A DNA stretch of 64,000 bases from Hypanus sabinus (lineage: Eukaryota): positions 43,710,001 to 43,774,000 of the forward strand of contig NC_082721.1 in the NCBI RefSeq assembly GCF_030144855.1, written 5' to 3'. A program made the position numbers and the translations under genes. This document shows positions 25,622-38,577 of the stretch, in pieces. The stretch's first letter is position 1. The number at the start of each line of letters is the position of its first letter. The notes under the pieces were generated by a model, which made no database searches, had not been told where the DNA came from, and was given only the letters and a program-made list of their open reading frames with translations.

Positions 25622-26311
25622 TGAAATTTGAGAGGGAAAAAATAAAATCCAATGTGTTGGTATTTCAGTGGAATAAAGGAAATTACAATGGCATGAGAGG
25701 GGAACTGGCTGAAGTTGATTGGAAAGGGACAATAGCAGGAAGGACAGCAGAGCAGCAATGGCTGGAGTTTACACAAAAAAAAATGAGCAGAATGCAAGAC
25801 AGAGAAATTTCAAATAAGAAGACATTTTCAAAGGGGAAAAGGACACTGCTGTGGGTGACAATTGAAATCAGAACCAAAGTAAAAGCAAAAGAGAGGGCAT
25901 TCAAGGAAGCCAGAGCTAGTGGGAAGATAGACGATTAGGAAGCTTTTAAAAACTTGCAGAAAGAAACTAAGAAGGTCAATAGGAAGGAAAAGATGAATAA
26001 TGAAAGGAAGCTGGCAACTAATATTACAGAAGACAATAAAGGTTTTTTTAAGTATATAAAGAGTAAATGAGAGTCGAGGATAGTTATGACACTGGAGATA
26101 TTGTAATGAGAGATGCAGAGATGGCAGAGGAACTGAATGCATATCTTGCATCAGTCTTTACAGTGGAAGACATCTGCAGTATACTGGACATTCAAGAGTG
26201 TCAGGGAAGTGAAGTTTCTGCAGTGAAAATTATTACTGAGAAGGTGCTTGCGAAGCTTAATTGTCTGAGAGTGTATAAATCTTCTGGACCTGATGGAATG
26301 CAACCTTGAGG

Positions 26312-28960
26312 TTTTTTCCAGATATTTTTAGTATTATTATCCAAAATTAACAAGAGTACATTGAAGTAGGTAACACTTGCAAAGTCCCAAGGGAAAAAAA
26401 TTGCTTTAAAGATTGAAAAATTTTGGTGTCAAAAAGCAAAGCAAAGTGAGAAAAAAACCCACTAGGTGTTCAACCATGAAGCCATGGGTCATACAAAAAG
26501 CTTCTAAAGATAAACTTCAAACCACAAGCAAGAAAAAAAAGTACGAAAATTTACAATTAGATCATGGAAGAAATCTATCATGTAACTTATATGATAGCAA
26601 TGAGCCAATGAACCCCATCTTTTCTCAAAATCCAATATAGGTTCAAAGATTCAACTTCTAATTTTTTCCAAACTAAGACATAGGATCACTTGAGAGAACC
26701 ATTGTGACAGAGTGGGAGCCGATGTATCCTTCCACTTCAACAGAATGGCCCTCCTAGGTATTAATGTAACAAATGCAATAACATGCTGGTCAGACAAAGA
26801 AATACCATGGATATTTTGAGGAATTATACCAAAAAGCTCAGTTATTTTGTTAGGTTGTAAATCAATTTTAAGTGCTTTAGAAATTGTGGAAAAAAACTGA
26901 CTTCCAGAACTGTTCCAGTATAGAATAAGACCAAAACATGTGTGTCTGTGTAGCTGTCTCAGTTTTACATCTATCACAATAACTACCAACATTAGGAAAC
27001 ACTTTAGACAATATCTCCTTCATCAAATAGTAATGATGTACAATTTAATATTGAATCGGTGAATGACTAGCACAGATCGAAGAAGAGTTAACCAAATTCA
27101 AAATCTGTGTCCAGGCCTCTGTCATAAAAGTCAAATTAAGTTCCTTTTCCCAATCTTGTTTAATGTTAAATAATGGATGCTTATCCCATTGTAATAGTAA
27201 ATTCTAAATTCTTCCAATGGAACCCTCTGTCAAAAGGTTCATACTCGTGATAATATCTAACTGGTCGCCATCCAACATGTAAGGAGAATTATTTAAATAT
27301 TTTTGTAAGAAATGTCCAACTTGAGGGCATTGTAAAAAGTGCGAGTATGAAAGAGAATATTTATCAACTAATTGTTCAAAAGACATCAGTCAAACTTCTT
27401 TAAATAGATCCAAAAAAGAATTAATACCTTTATTTCTCTGAAGTAAAAAATTGGATCACTCAGAGAAGGCTTAAAAAGTAATCTCAATAAGTTAAACAAC
27501 AAAGTTTATATTTTTTAAGGTTACAAAAATTGCGGAACTAGAGCGAAATTTGTAAAGAATGCTTAATCACAGGGTATAAATTTAAATTAGCAACGTTAGA
27601 TAATTGTATAGGTAAAGCAGCTCGCAATAACGAGGTTAAATAAAACTCTTTCATAGCTTTCATTTCGAAGTCTACCCAAATTGGTCGCTCGTTCTTATCA
27701 ATCCAATGCAACCAAACGGACATATATCGCAAATTAACAGCCCAGTAATACATTCTTAACTTCGGCAAAGCAAGACCTCCAACCCTTTTCAATTTTTGTA
27801 AGTGACATTTACTAATTCTAGGTCTTTTATTATTCCAAATAAAAGATGAAATAATAGAATGAATCCGATCAACAAACTTAGTCAGAAAAACAGGGATATT
27901 CTGAAATAAATATAAAAATGTTGGTAAAATCATCTTAATTATATGGATGCGACAGGAAAGTGGAAATATAAGTGGGTTCCATGTACTAAATAAATACTTC
28001 ATAGAATCTACCAAAGGAAAAAAATAGCTTTATAATGATTCTTATTTTCTTAGTGATTATAACACCAAAATATCTAAGGGAATCCGTGACTTTGAAAGGA
28101 GTATTATCATATATAGAAACTGATTCATTTAAAAGAAACAGTTCAGTCTTATTAACATGTATTTTATATCCTGAAAAATCTCCAAATTTACTCAATAATT
28201 TTAGCAAGGCATGGGTAGATTCCTTGGGATTAGGTATATTTAACCAGTAAATCGTCAGCGTAAAGAGAAATCTTATGAATGGTCTCATTCACAAGAATCC
28301 CATGAATATCTTTAGCTTTACGAAGAGCAACAGCAAGGGGTTCCAATATTAAGTTTAATAGCAAAGGACTTAATGGACAACCTTGACTTGTCCCCCATGA
28401 AAGCTGCAAAAGGGGAACTACAGCTATTAGTAATAACAGTAGCAATAGCAGTTTCATCTATATCATTGTAATCCAATTATTAAAATTAACACAAAACCAA
28501 ATTTCTCTAAAGCATTAAATAAATATTTCCATTTGACTCAATCAAATGCTTTTTCAGCATCCAAAGAGATGAAGCATTGTGGAGTTTTAAAAGAGGATGA
28601 GTACATAATGTTAAATAATCTCTGAACATTTGAAAAGCAATAATGACCCTTTATAAAGCCTGTTTGATCTTTAAAATAATTTTACCCAAAATATTTTCTA
28701 ACCAATAGGCCATTATCTTTGACAGGATCTTAGCATCGTCATTCAATAATGAAATATGTCTATATGAGGCACAATCAGTAGGATCTTTATCCTTTTGAAG
28801 AATTAAAGAAATAGAAGCCTCATAAAAAGTAGAAGGTAAATCACCTTCCACAAAAGAATCTTTAATTTCCAACATATATGGAGAGAGCAATTTTCCAAAT
28901 CTGGTAAGGCCATCAAGTCTAAGGGCCTTACCAGATTCCATTGCAAACATTGCTGGATTC
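26312..28960 (-). mobile_element. L1-clade (fish L1/Tx1-like) LINE, 5'-truncated, inserted in the CR1 RT
   Basis: YRHISLLNDDAKILSK, GTSQGCPLSPLL, SLYADDLL, RIHIIKMILPTFLYLFQNIP, GGLALP..YYWA. T-rich tail at 26312. Host CR1 resumes at about 28967. Confidence 0.88.
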
Positions 28961-30619
28961 CATTGCTGGAGAGATTGAAGAGGAATGAACGATGATCTTT
29001 CAAGAATCTATAGATTCCAGCATTGCACAGGTTGACCAGAAAATTGTAAATTTTACTCCACTGTTTTATAAGGGTGGGTGGCAGCAGAAAGGAAACGATA
29101 GAGCTGTTAGCCTGAGATCTGTCATTGGGAAGTTGTTGGAATCGATTGTTAGGGATGAGATTATGGAATACCTTGAAGCACATGACAAGATTGGCCAAAG
29201 TCAGCATGGTTTCCTGAAAGGAAAATCCTGCCTGATAAACATTTTGCAATGCTTTGAGGAAATTACAAGCAGGGTAGACAAAGGAGACGCAGAAGACATA
29301 ATGCATTTGAATTTTCAGAAGGCCTTTGACAAGGTCCCACACATGAGGCTGCTTAGCAGAATAAGAGCCCACGGAATTATTGAGAGGTTACTAGCATGGG
29401 TGGACAATTGGGTGTTTGGCAGAAAACAGAAAGTGGGAATAAAGGGATCCTATTCTGACTGTCTGCCGGATACCAGTGGAGTTCTACAGGGGTCAGTGTT
29501 GGGACTGCTGCTGTTTACAATGTATATCAATGGTTTTGACTATGGTATTAATGGATTTGGGGGTAAATTTGCCGATGATACAAAGATAGGTGGAAGAGCA
29601 GAGACTGTTGGGGAAACAGAGAACCTGTAGAGAGAATTAAAATGTTTAGGGGAATGGGCAAAGAGGTGGCAAATAAAATAGAATGTTGGAAAGTCTATGG
29701 TCATGTACTTTGGTGGAAGAAGTGAATGGGTGGACAATTATTTAGATGGGGAGAAAATTCAAAATGCTGAGATGCACGGGGACTTGGGTTAACCTCTAGG
29801 TTGAGTTAGTTCAGAAGAAGGCGAATGCAATGTTCACATTCATTTCTAGATGTATAGAATATAAGAGCAGGGATGTGATGTTGAGTCTCTACAAGGCACT
29901 CGTGAGACCACACTTAAGAGTATTGTGTGCAGTTTTGAGTTCCTTATTTTAGAAAGGATATACTGACATTGGAGACAGTTCAGGGAAGGTTCAGTAGAAT
30001 GATTCCAGGAATGAAAGGGTTACCATAAGAGGAATGTCTTGCAGCTCTTGGGCTGTACTCCCTGGAGTTCAGGAGAATGAAAGGGGATCTCAAAGAAACA
30101 CTCTGTATGTTAAGACGCCTGAACAGCTTAGATATGGCAAAGTTATTTCCCATGGTATAGAATTCTAGGACAAAGGGGCATGACTTCAGGTTCAAAGGAC
30201 TTCCATTTAGAACTGATATGTGGAAAAATTAACTTAGTCAGAGTGGGATAACTGTGTGGAATTTTTTGCCACGAGCAGCTGTGGAAGACAAGTCATTGGG
30301 TGTATTTAAGGCTGAAGTAGATAGGTTCTTGATTAGCCAAAGGATAAAAGGGTATGGGGTGAAAGCAGGGAATGGAGGTGACTAGAAGAATTGGATCAGC
30401 CCATGATTGAAAAGTGGAGAAGTCTCTATGGGCTCAATTGCCTACTTTTGCTTCGGTATCTAATGTTCTTTTGGTCTTATGTGTGAAAGGGATAGAATTG
30501 GCATCAATGGAGTTAATCTGCTGGGAGCTTATATGGATCCAATGGGCTGAAAGGTCTCATTAAGTATTTTGTTGAATATCAATTGCAGAGGTTATGTTGT
30601 AATATTTAATTACTGCTAG

Positions 30620-33600
30620 TTTTCTTTATTTGTAATATATTTTTTATTGAAGTTCATCATCAAACAAACATTTCCCTAAGATGTATTTCAGACATTGTGC
30701 ATATACATCATATAATCATATATATATCACAAATCTCCAAAAAGTATTTATCTGAGGTATACACTTATAGAAAAGAGTGGAAAGAAAATAAAACAAGCCA
30801 AAAGAAAGAACTATGTACAAGTAAGGACTGATCTTTTTTTTTTACAACAGATTCATTGATTTGTGAAAATAAGATCAGGCCTATGAGGCATTATGTAGTT
30901 AAATCATTTTTCCCAGTATGAATCAAATTGTTCCAGCTTATGGTTAGCAGATGCTGTTATCTTCTCCATTTTGTAAATGTCCATTGTCATTTCCATCCAT
31001 GTATTTAAAGTTGGGCACTCCTATGATAACCAGTTACTAGTGAGAGTCTTTTTACCAGTCACCAACAGTATATTCATTAATTATTTATCTCTTTTCAACC
31101 ATTCTTGAGGCATATATCCAAAATATATGGTCTTACTCTCTCAGGGTATTTCACATTTAAAGATGTCTTGTAGGTCATTGTGTATCACCTTCCAATAGTT
31201 TCTGATAACAGGGCAGTTCCAAAAAATATGAAAATGATTTGCATTTTGACTTCCTAAATTTCTCCAGCAAACAGGGAGGTTACTATTATAATGGGATTTC
31301 TGAGAGGGTGTAATAAAATTTCTTATCAAGGTTTTCCATACTATCTGCCTCCATTTCTGTGAACTGTTACACTTTCATTGATCTCTCCATATTGTTGTCC
31401 ATTCTTTCTCAGATATAATTATCCCTCCTTCCTTCTCCCATTTTGTTTTAATGTATGAAGTCAAATGTGTTTTTAGATTTGACAACCCCTTATACATGCT
31501 TGAAATGAATCAAGTACCATTATCTGAATTATATGCTTTTCTAAAGAGCTCTATCAAACATGTATTTGCCTTGGTTACATTTTTAAACGTCTTATTAACA
31601 TATTGTTGCATCTGTAAATACCGATATAAATCTTGTTTTTCTAATAAGTGTATCTCTTTAAGCATTTCAAAACTCAACACTGTTCCTTCTTTCATTAGGT
31701 TGCAAAGAACAGTTATTCCTTCAGCTGTCCAGTCCTTAAATCTAGCATCCAATTTATTTGGTGTAAAATCAGAGTCAAATGCACACCATTTAAGAATTGC
31801 AATAGATTATATTCTTTTATAGTAGTTTTCCATATTTTAAGAGTCAATTTCACCCATGGGTTATCAATAGTATTTATGTACCTTTGCAGGTTGTTATCAG
31901 CCAAAATTGATTGTCTGGAAGTACCCGCTCCTCAATGGTTTTCCATTGATCGTCATATGATGGGTTACACCAACATATCACTGCTCTCAACTGTGCTGCA
32001 AAATAATAATCTCTAAGAGAAGGTGGGCCACATCCCCCCTTTTCCTTTGCTAATTGAAAAGTTTTGAGACGAACTCCAGGCCTTTTACCCTGCCAAATAT
32101 ACCTTGATAGTATCTTGGTCCATTCATTGAATTGATTTCGGTTAATCTCTATTGGTAAGGTCTGAAAGAGATATAACAGTCTGGGCAGTATATTCATTTT
32201 AATAGACTCAATCCTTGAACTGAGACTGAAAAAAGGAATCAGGTTCCATCTTGCCACATCTTCCTTAAATTTTTATATAAAGGCTGATAATTACATTTTG
32301 ATAATTTTGCCAAATCTTTTGGCATAATGATGCCCAACTGTTTGAAAGACACTGTGTGCCATGCCCAGGGGTATTTACGTTCAAGTGCTCTTGTTGGGCT
32401 ATAGTAATATGAAAGTAATTGGGTTTTATCTATGTTGATCTTGTATCCTGATAATTGACCATATTATTCAAAAGATTGCATCAATTTAGGTAAAGAGTAT
32501 GTTGGTTGCCCTAGATAGATCAAAATGTCATCCGCATAAGAAGCCAATTTATGCTCTGTCCCTTTAATAGTAATTCCCCTGATATCTTCATTTTGTCTGA
32601 TGCATTGAACTAATGGTTCCAGATAGAATGTGAAGAGTAGCAGTGACCATGCACAACACTGTCTCGTGCCCCTTTCTAGGGTAAGACTATTTGATAAATA
32701 TCCATTGATTTTATTCCTAGCAGTAGGTTGTCATATTGTGCCTGCATAGTTTTAATAATGGTGTCTCAGAAACCGAATCTATGTAAAACTCTGTAAAGAA
32801 AATTCCAATTAACCAAATCAAATGTCTTTTCAGCATCCACACTTATCACTATTGCTTTGATTTTATTTTTATGTATATGATCCATAATGTGAAGTGTCCT
32901 TCATATATTATCTTCTGTCTGGCGTTGTCGTATAAAACCTATCTGATCGTTCCATATCAGTGTGGGTAGAAACTCCTCTCATCATTTGGCCATGATGGAG
33001 GTGAATAATCTATAATCCACATTAAGAACGGATATTGATCTGAATGACCCACATTCCATTTTATCCTTACCTTCTTTCGCTATAGCTGAGATTATTGCTT
33101 CCTTCCAACTGGGTGGCATTTGTGCCTGTTTTTACAGCCCAGTTCAGTGTGGGACTCAGAATTAACTCATTTTTAATTTCTTTGTACCTCTCTGCTATAT
33201 ATCCATCTGATCCTGGTTACTTGCTTAATTTAAGCCTACTAATTGCAGCTTTTAACACAACTTAAGTTATGTCAGCAGTCATCGTTCCATTTTGTTCTTC
33301 ACTTAAAGTGGGTAGCTCCAGAGAATTCAAGAGGGTGTCAATTTGGGTTATTCTTCCCCCTGGAACTTTGGAATATAGAGTTTTGTAAAACAATTCAAAA
33401 GCTTCTTAAATTTCACTTAGCTTGTTTTTTTATCATTTTCGTTCTTGGGTCCCTAATTCTATGAATTGTATTTTCTGCTATCTTTTTTTTCAGTTTGCAC
33501 GCCAGTATTTTCATAGATTTTTATCTACTTTCATAATGTCTCTGTTTCAGAAACATTCCATTTTACCTGATTTCTTGCGTAGCCAAATTATGAATTTCAT

Positions 33601-34909
33601 TCCTAATTCTTGTAATTTCCCCTATTGTACCCTGTGCCAAATTCAATTAGTGTTTTTTCTCTAGTTCCTTCAGTCTATTTTGAAATTCCTCTAATATTTT
33701 ATTCCTTATGTTTTTCTTATATAAATATATCGCTATAATTTTTCCTCTTAAGACTGCCTTCAGAGTATCCCATAAAATGGGAGGTGAAACCTCTCCATTA
33801 TCAATAAATTCTAAGTAGAGACCAATTTCATTTTTAATTTGTTCCTTAAAGTACGGATCATTGAGTAGACTTGAATTTAGTTTCCAAATAGTATTCTTTG
33901 GTTGTAGGTCAAAATCAACAGATAAATATATAGGTGCATGGTCTCTTACATCTATTGTCCCAATTCCACAGGTGTTTATTTTGTCTTTGTCTTTTCCAAA
34001 TGTTATGAAATAGACTATTCTTGTATATACAGAATGGGGAGCAGAATAATGAGTGTAATCCCTTCTGTCGGGGAAAAGGTCCCTCCATATACCAATTAAA
34101 CCAACATCCTCAAAAAGTGAATTAACTTTCTTATGTAAGGATTTTGTTTCATAGGTTTTTCTATTCGCTAAGTTTGGTTGTAATTGTAAATTTAAGGCTC
34201 CTCACATATCAGGAGACCTTCTGTTCCCGTTACCATAATATCAGTAATTTTCTCTAAGAAAACAATATCACTTCCCGGGTGCGCGTATATATTCAACAGA
34301 GTAACTGAATTTCCATCTATATTGCCCCTTACCAGAATATATCTGCCCATTTCGAATACCTTTTCAAAATTTAGCTTACTTGAGATAAGAATGGCAACTC
34401 CTCTCCTTTGTCCTGATTTATATAAGGTGAAAAAACAAATTAGTGAAGCCCAATCTCTTTAGTTTTTTTATGCTGATTATCACTTAAATGAATTTCCTAT
34501 AAATATACTACATAGGCATGTTCTTTCTTTCACTTGGGATGAGATTCTATTACGTTTGATTGGATTTAATAGCCCATTGAAATTAAAAAAATAAATTTTA
34601 CCTTGTCCTTAGCCATCTGTATTCATCTGTCAATGTATCATTGACGTTAGAATAAAACTTAATCTATCTACTCCTTGAACAATTAAGAACCAAGAAACGC
34701 AAATAATAACACAAATGGCAACGAATGTGTGATTTGAAGGCTGAGGTCTCTAGTAGATGACCCTATGTTGAGCTAGAGGAAATGTTCAGCTGTGGGGAAT
34801 AGTCTCCTACTTGTGAGTTGAGGGACCCCATTGCAGCATTCATAAAAGTCAGTGAACAAATCCATTACACAAAAAAGATTTCCCTCTGTATTCCTCCTAT
34901 ATATATACA

Positions 34910-34966
<57 letters not shown>

Positions 34967-36250
34967 TACATACATACACTTATATGCACACATATATATA
35001 TTGTCATTTTGGTGGGGAAAAAGGGGTAAGTGAGCGAATAACGAATAACAACCAAGTAATATAAAATCCACTTTATAATAAGTATTTCCCGATATAGGTA
35101 TATCACTGTCTGCTTTTGCTTCCATTTAGCTCCTCAACATTTTTAAAGTTAGCCAAACCATATGGCTCTTCTGACGAGGGTGAAGACTGTCTTTAGGAAA
35201 CTTCTGGTCTCTTCCTGACATACTTCTCTCAGCCTCCTTCCGTCTCCTGCCTTCTCGATCTCGCACTATTTCCCAAGCGGAGTGGGATAATTCCTCTGCC
35301 AGGCTTTCCCTCGGTTTGCTCACACTGATGGGCAACCATCTGGCCTTCATGTCTGTAGTCACCTCTTCTACTGTCTGGTACAACCACGTCCTGACATCAT
35401 AAAACACTCACAGTTTAGCAGGGTACGGAATTTTGAAATTTAATCTTCTTTTGCTTTATCTCTCGCTTTACTTCAGAGTATTATTTACGTTTCTGTAGGA
35501 TCGCGCCAGGGTGGGGGGGTGGCCCTTCGTAGAATCTCCGCTTTGGTGCTGTAGCTAAGGAATTTAATTATTTTTTAGAGTGGCTTATCTTGGGTAGACT
35601 TTGGGACTCACGCACGATGCGTCCTCTCAATTTCCAGCTCCATAGTTGAGGGAAGCTCCAGCGCATCCCGCAGCAATTTTCCGACAAACTCCGTCATAGA
35701 CGGAGTTTATGCTCTGCTCCTTCTGGAATGTTGTAGGTTCTGATATTTTTCCACGGTGATCTTCCCTCCAGGTCAAGCAGTCTACCTTCTTGGTGATTTA
35801 CTACTTTTATCGTCTGACTCAGTATTCGTCCACCGTTTTGAACCCGATCTTCCACCTTCTCAATTCGAGTCTCTGCCACCACTAATTTTTGATTGACGTG
35901 GCGAACTCTGACTTAATATCATGTAGCTGCTGCTTTATATCTTTCTGGAACTCCCTTATCTCTTTCAGAATTTCAATCATATTCGCCGCTTCACCCGAAC
36001 GAGGCCCAGCGTCTGCCGTGCTAGCACGTGGTCGGGTCGGAGAACCTCTTGCTGCACTCCTCTCGGCCGCAGGATCCGCAGTGTCGCTTTTGCAATTTCC
36101 ATTCCTTTTCCCCATTCTTGTCCCTCTTTTCAGTTTAAATATTTTTTGAAAAATACTATCTTTGATGGGTTAACGAGGCTTACTATGCATTTTTCCGGAG
36201 GAGCTAGTGACTTAAGCTGCCACTCTCGACAATAACGTCACTGGAAACCT
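30620..36250 (-). mobile_element. Near full-length L1-clade LINE with ORF1 and ORF2, decayed
   Basis: ORF1 start MGKRNG (36115) and LEGRS..NIR.YNIPEGAE. ORF2 start MAKDKVKF near 34615. RT and C-terminal RIESIKMNILPRLLYLFQTLP and HIFWNC motifs. About 5.6 kb. Confidence 0.88.
34918..34965. repeat. (CA)n followed by (TA)n microsatellite in the L1 inter-ORF region
   Basis: Direct reading. Confidence 0.95.
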
Positions 36251-36254
36251 AAAT

Positions 36255-38240
36255 TCATTCTGGAGCTCCTTTCTGACACCCTAGTATTTTTCTAGAGTTC
36301 TAAAAGTACCTAGTTTCTGGACCTTTTCATAAGCTTCACTTTTCTTCTTAAGTAGACTATCTACTTCCTTTGTACACAGTAGTTCTTTTACCCTACCATC
36401 CTTTCCCTGCCTGAATGGAACATACCTATGCAAAACGCCAAATGTTCCTTGAGCATTTGCCTCATTTCTGCTGTGCATATCCCTGAAAACATCTGCTCAC
36501 AATTTATGTTCCCAAGTTCCTGCCTAATAGCATCATATTTCCCCCTCACCCAATTAAATGTCTTCCCAAATTGTCTACTCTGATCTGTCTCCAGTGCTAT
36601 GGTAAAGGAAATAGAATTGCAATCAAGTACAGCATCTCCTCCAGTTGGCTTATCTTCATATTGCATCAGGAAACCTTCCTGAACACACCTAACAAACTCT
36701 ACCCCAGATGACTCCTTGCTCTTGGAAGATGCCAGTCAATATTAGGAAAGTTAAAATTAACCACCCCGACAACATTCCAGGATCTGCCTTCCATCGGCTC
36801 CCCAATGTTTCTGTTATTATTGGGAGGAGGTCTCTATAAAATCACCCAGTAGTTATTGCACCCTTCCTGTTTCTGGCTTCCACCCACAATGACTCACTAG
36901 ACAATCCCTCCATGACTTCCTCCTTTTCTGGAGTATTGATAATAATCCTGATTAGCTATGCCACTCCCCCACCCCTTATGCCTCCCTCCCTGTCCTTTTT
37001 GAAACATCTAAAGCCCAGCACACTCAGCCGCCATTCTTGCCCCTGAGTCATCCAAGTTAAGTCTCAGTAACGGCCACAACATCATTGTTCCACGTATTGA
37101 TCCATGTTCTAAGTTCATCCATCTTGCTTATGAGACACCTTGCATTAAAATATGCACATCTCAAACCATCTGGCTAAATGCTTCTTTCCTTTATCATCTA
37201 CCTATACTTCCCTCATAAACTCCCTACAAGCTGGCACTACTTGAGCACCAAATACCCCATCTGCTGCTCTTTACTTTGGTTCCCACTCACCACAAATCTA
37301 GTTTAAACCCTCCCTGATCGCCTTACCAAACCTCCCTCCCAGGATATTGGTTCCCCTCCAGTTCACGTGAAATCCATCCCACCTGAAGAATTCACCCCTT
37401 CCCCAGAAAAGGCTCCAAAGATCCAAGAAATTGAGAACCTGCCCCTTCACCATATTCTCAGCCACTCATTCATCTGTGCTATCTTCCTGTTCTGACCGTG
37501 ACTAGCTCGCGGCACTAGCAGTAACCCAGAGATTACCATCTTGGAGGTCCTGCTCTTCAGCCTCCTTACTAACTCCCTAAGCTTAATGCACATGACCTCT
37601 ACTCCTCTCCTGCCTATGTCATTGGTACAAGCATGTACCACAAACTCTGGCTGCTCACCCTCCCCTTCAAGAATATTGTGCAACCATTCAGAGACATCCT
37701 GAACCCCAGCACCCTGGAGGCACCACATTATCCTGCTGTCTCTTTTGCTGCCGCAGAATCTCCCATCTGTCCCCATAACTATAGAGTCCCCTATGACTAT
37801 TGCTCCGCCTGACGTCACCTTACCCTTCTGAGGATCAGAGCTGACCACAGGGCTATTGGTCTGGCTGCTGCTACCTTACCCAGATAGATCCTCCTCCTCA
37901 GCAGTATCCAAAGTGTATACCTGTTGCTGAGGGGAATGGCCGTTATAGGATGCTGCACTCATTTCCTTCTTGCTTTACCTTTCACGATGTTCACACAGCT
38001 TGTCCCCAAATTCTGCACCCTGGGTCTAACCAGCTGCTCAAGCTTCATATCTGTCAAATGCTCTACATCCCGGATTATCTTAAATTCATCCAGCTCCAAT
38101 TCCAGCTCCTCAATGAGCTGGACTTGGCTGCACTTACCGCAGCCGTAGTCATCAGGGAGACTATCAGGTTCCATTAATTCCCATATCTACAGGAGGGGCA
38201 ATCCACTGCCATATCTGCTATTCTGCATGCACTGTACAAT
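36255..38240 (-). mobile_element. CR1-like LINE 5' half: ORF1 (Cys motif plus SGNH esterase) and endonuclease
   Basis: DDYGCGKC...LELELDE (37959-38174) and IVIGDSIV...GAGVQDV...VVHACTNDIG...VISGLL (37447-37848). Truncated at the L1 5' end. Confidence 0.85.
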
Positions 38241-38577
38241 GGACAACCAAGACCAAATCTTCGAAACTGTTTCTGTGGCCTCAGCCTCTTCTCGTCGAAG
38301 TCTCTTGAAACAAAGCCTGACGCCCCCACTCTCACTGCTCACACTCTCAACAATGGCTTTTTTATTGCTTTTTCTGTACTTTTATTGAATTCGCAGTGCT
38401 CTGCTCCTGACGCTGATTGAACCTCTGGAATGACCGTACGCCGGTGAAGCAGTCCTTTTATACTAGCTTCGCTCTCCTGCGGGTGACCTCTTCAAAGGCT
38501 CTGTGCCCGATGCTTATTCGACCTCTGGAGCTGATAAGACCTCAGACACAGTTAGGAGTAAAAGAGGTTCGACATGG

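Larger units (their letters stand above)
24050..30480 (+). mobile_element. Near full-length CR1-like LINE (host of two nested insertions)
   Basis: ORF1 esterase tail (DGLHLN), endonuclease (LYLNARII, AISETW, IVGDFN), RT (KSCL.N, FQKAFDKVPH, QGSVLG, KFADDTK in ORF 28992-29630) and a GGTCTTATG-type tail near 30480. Confidence 0.85.
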
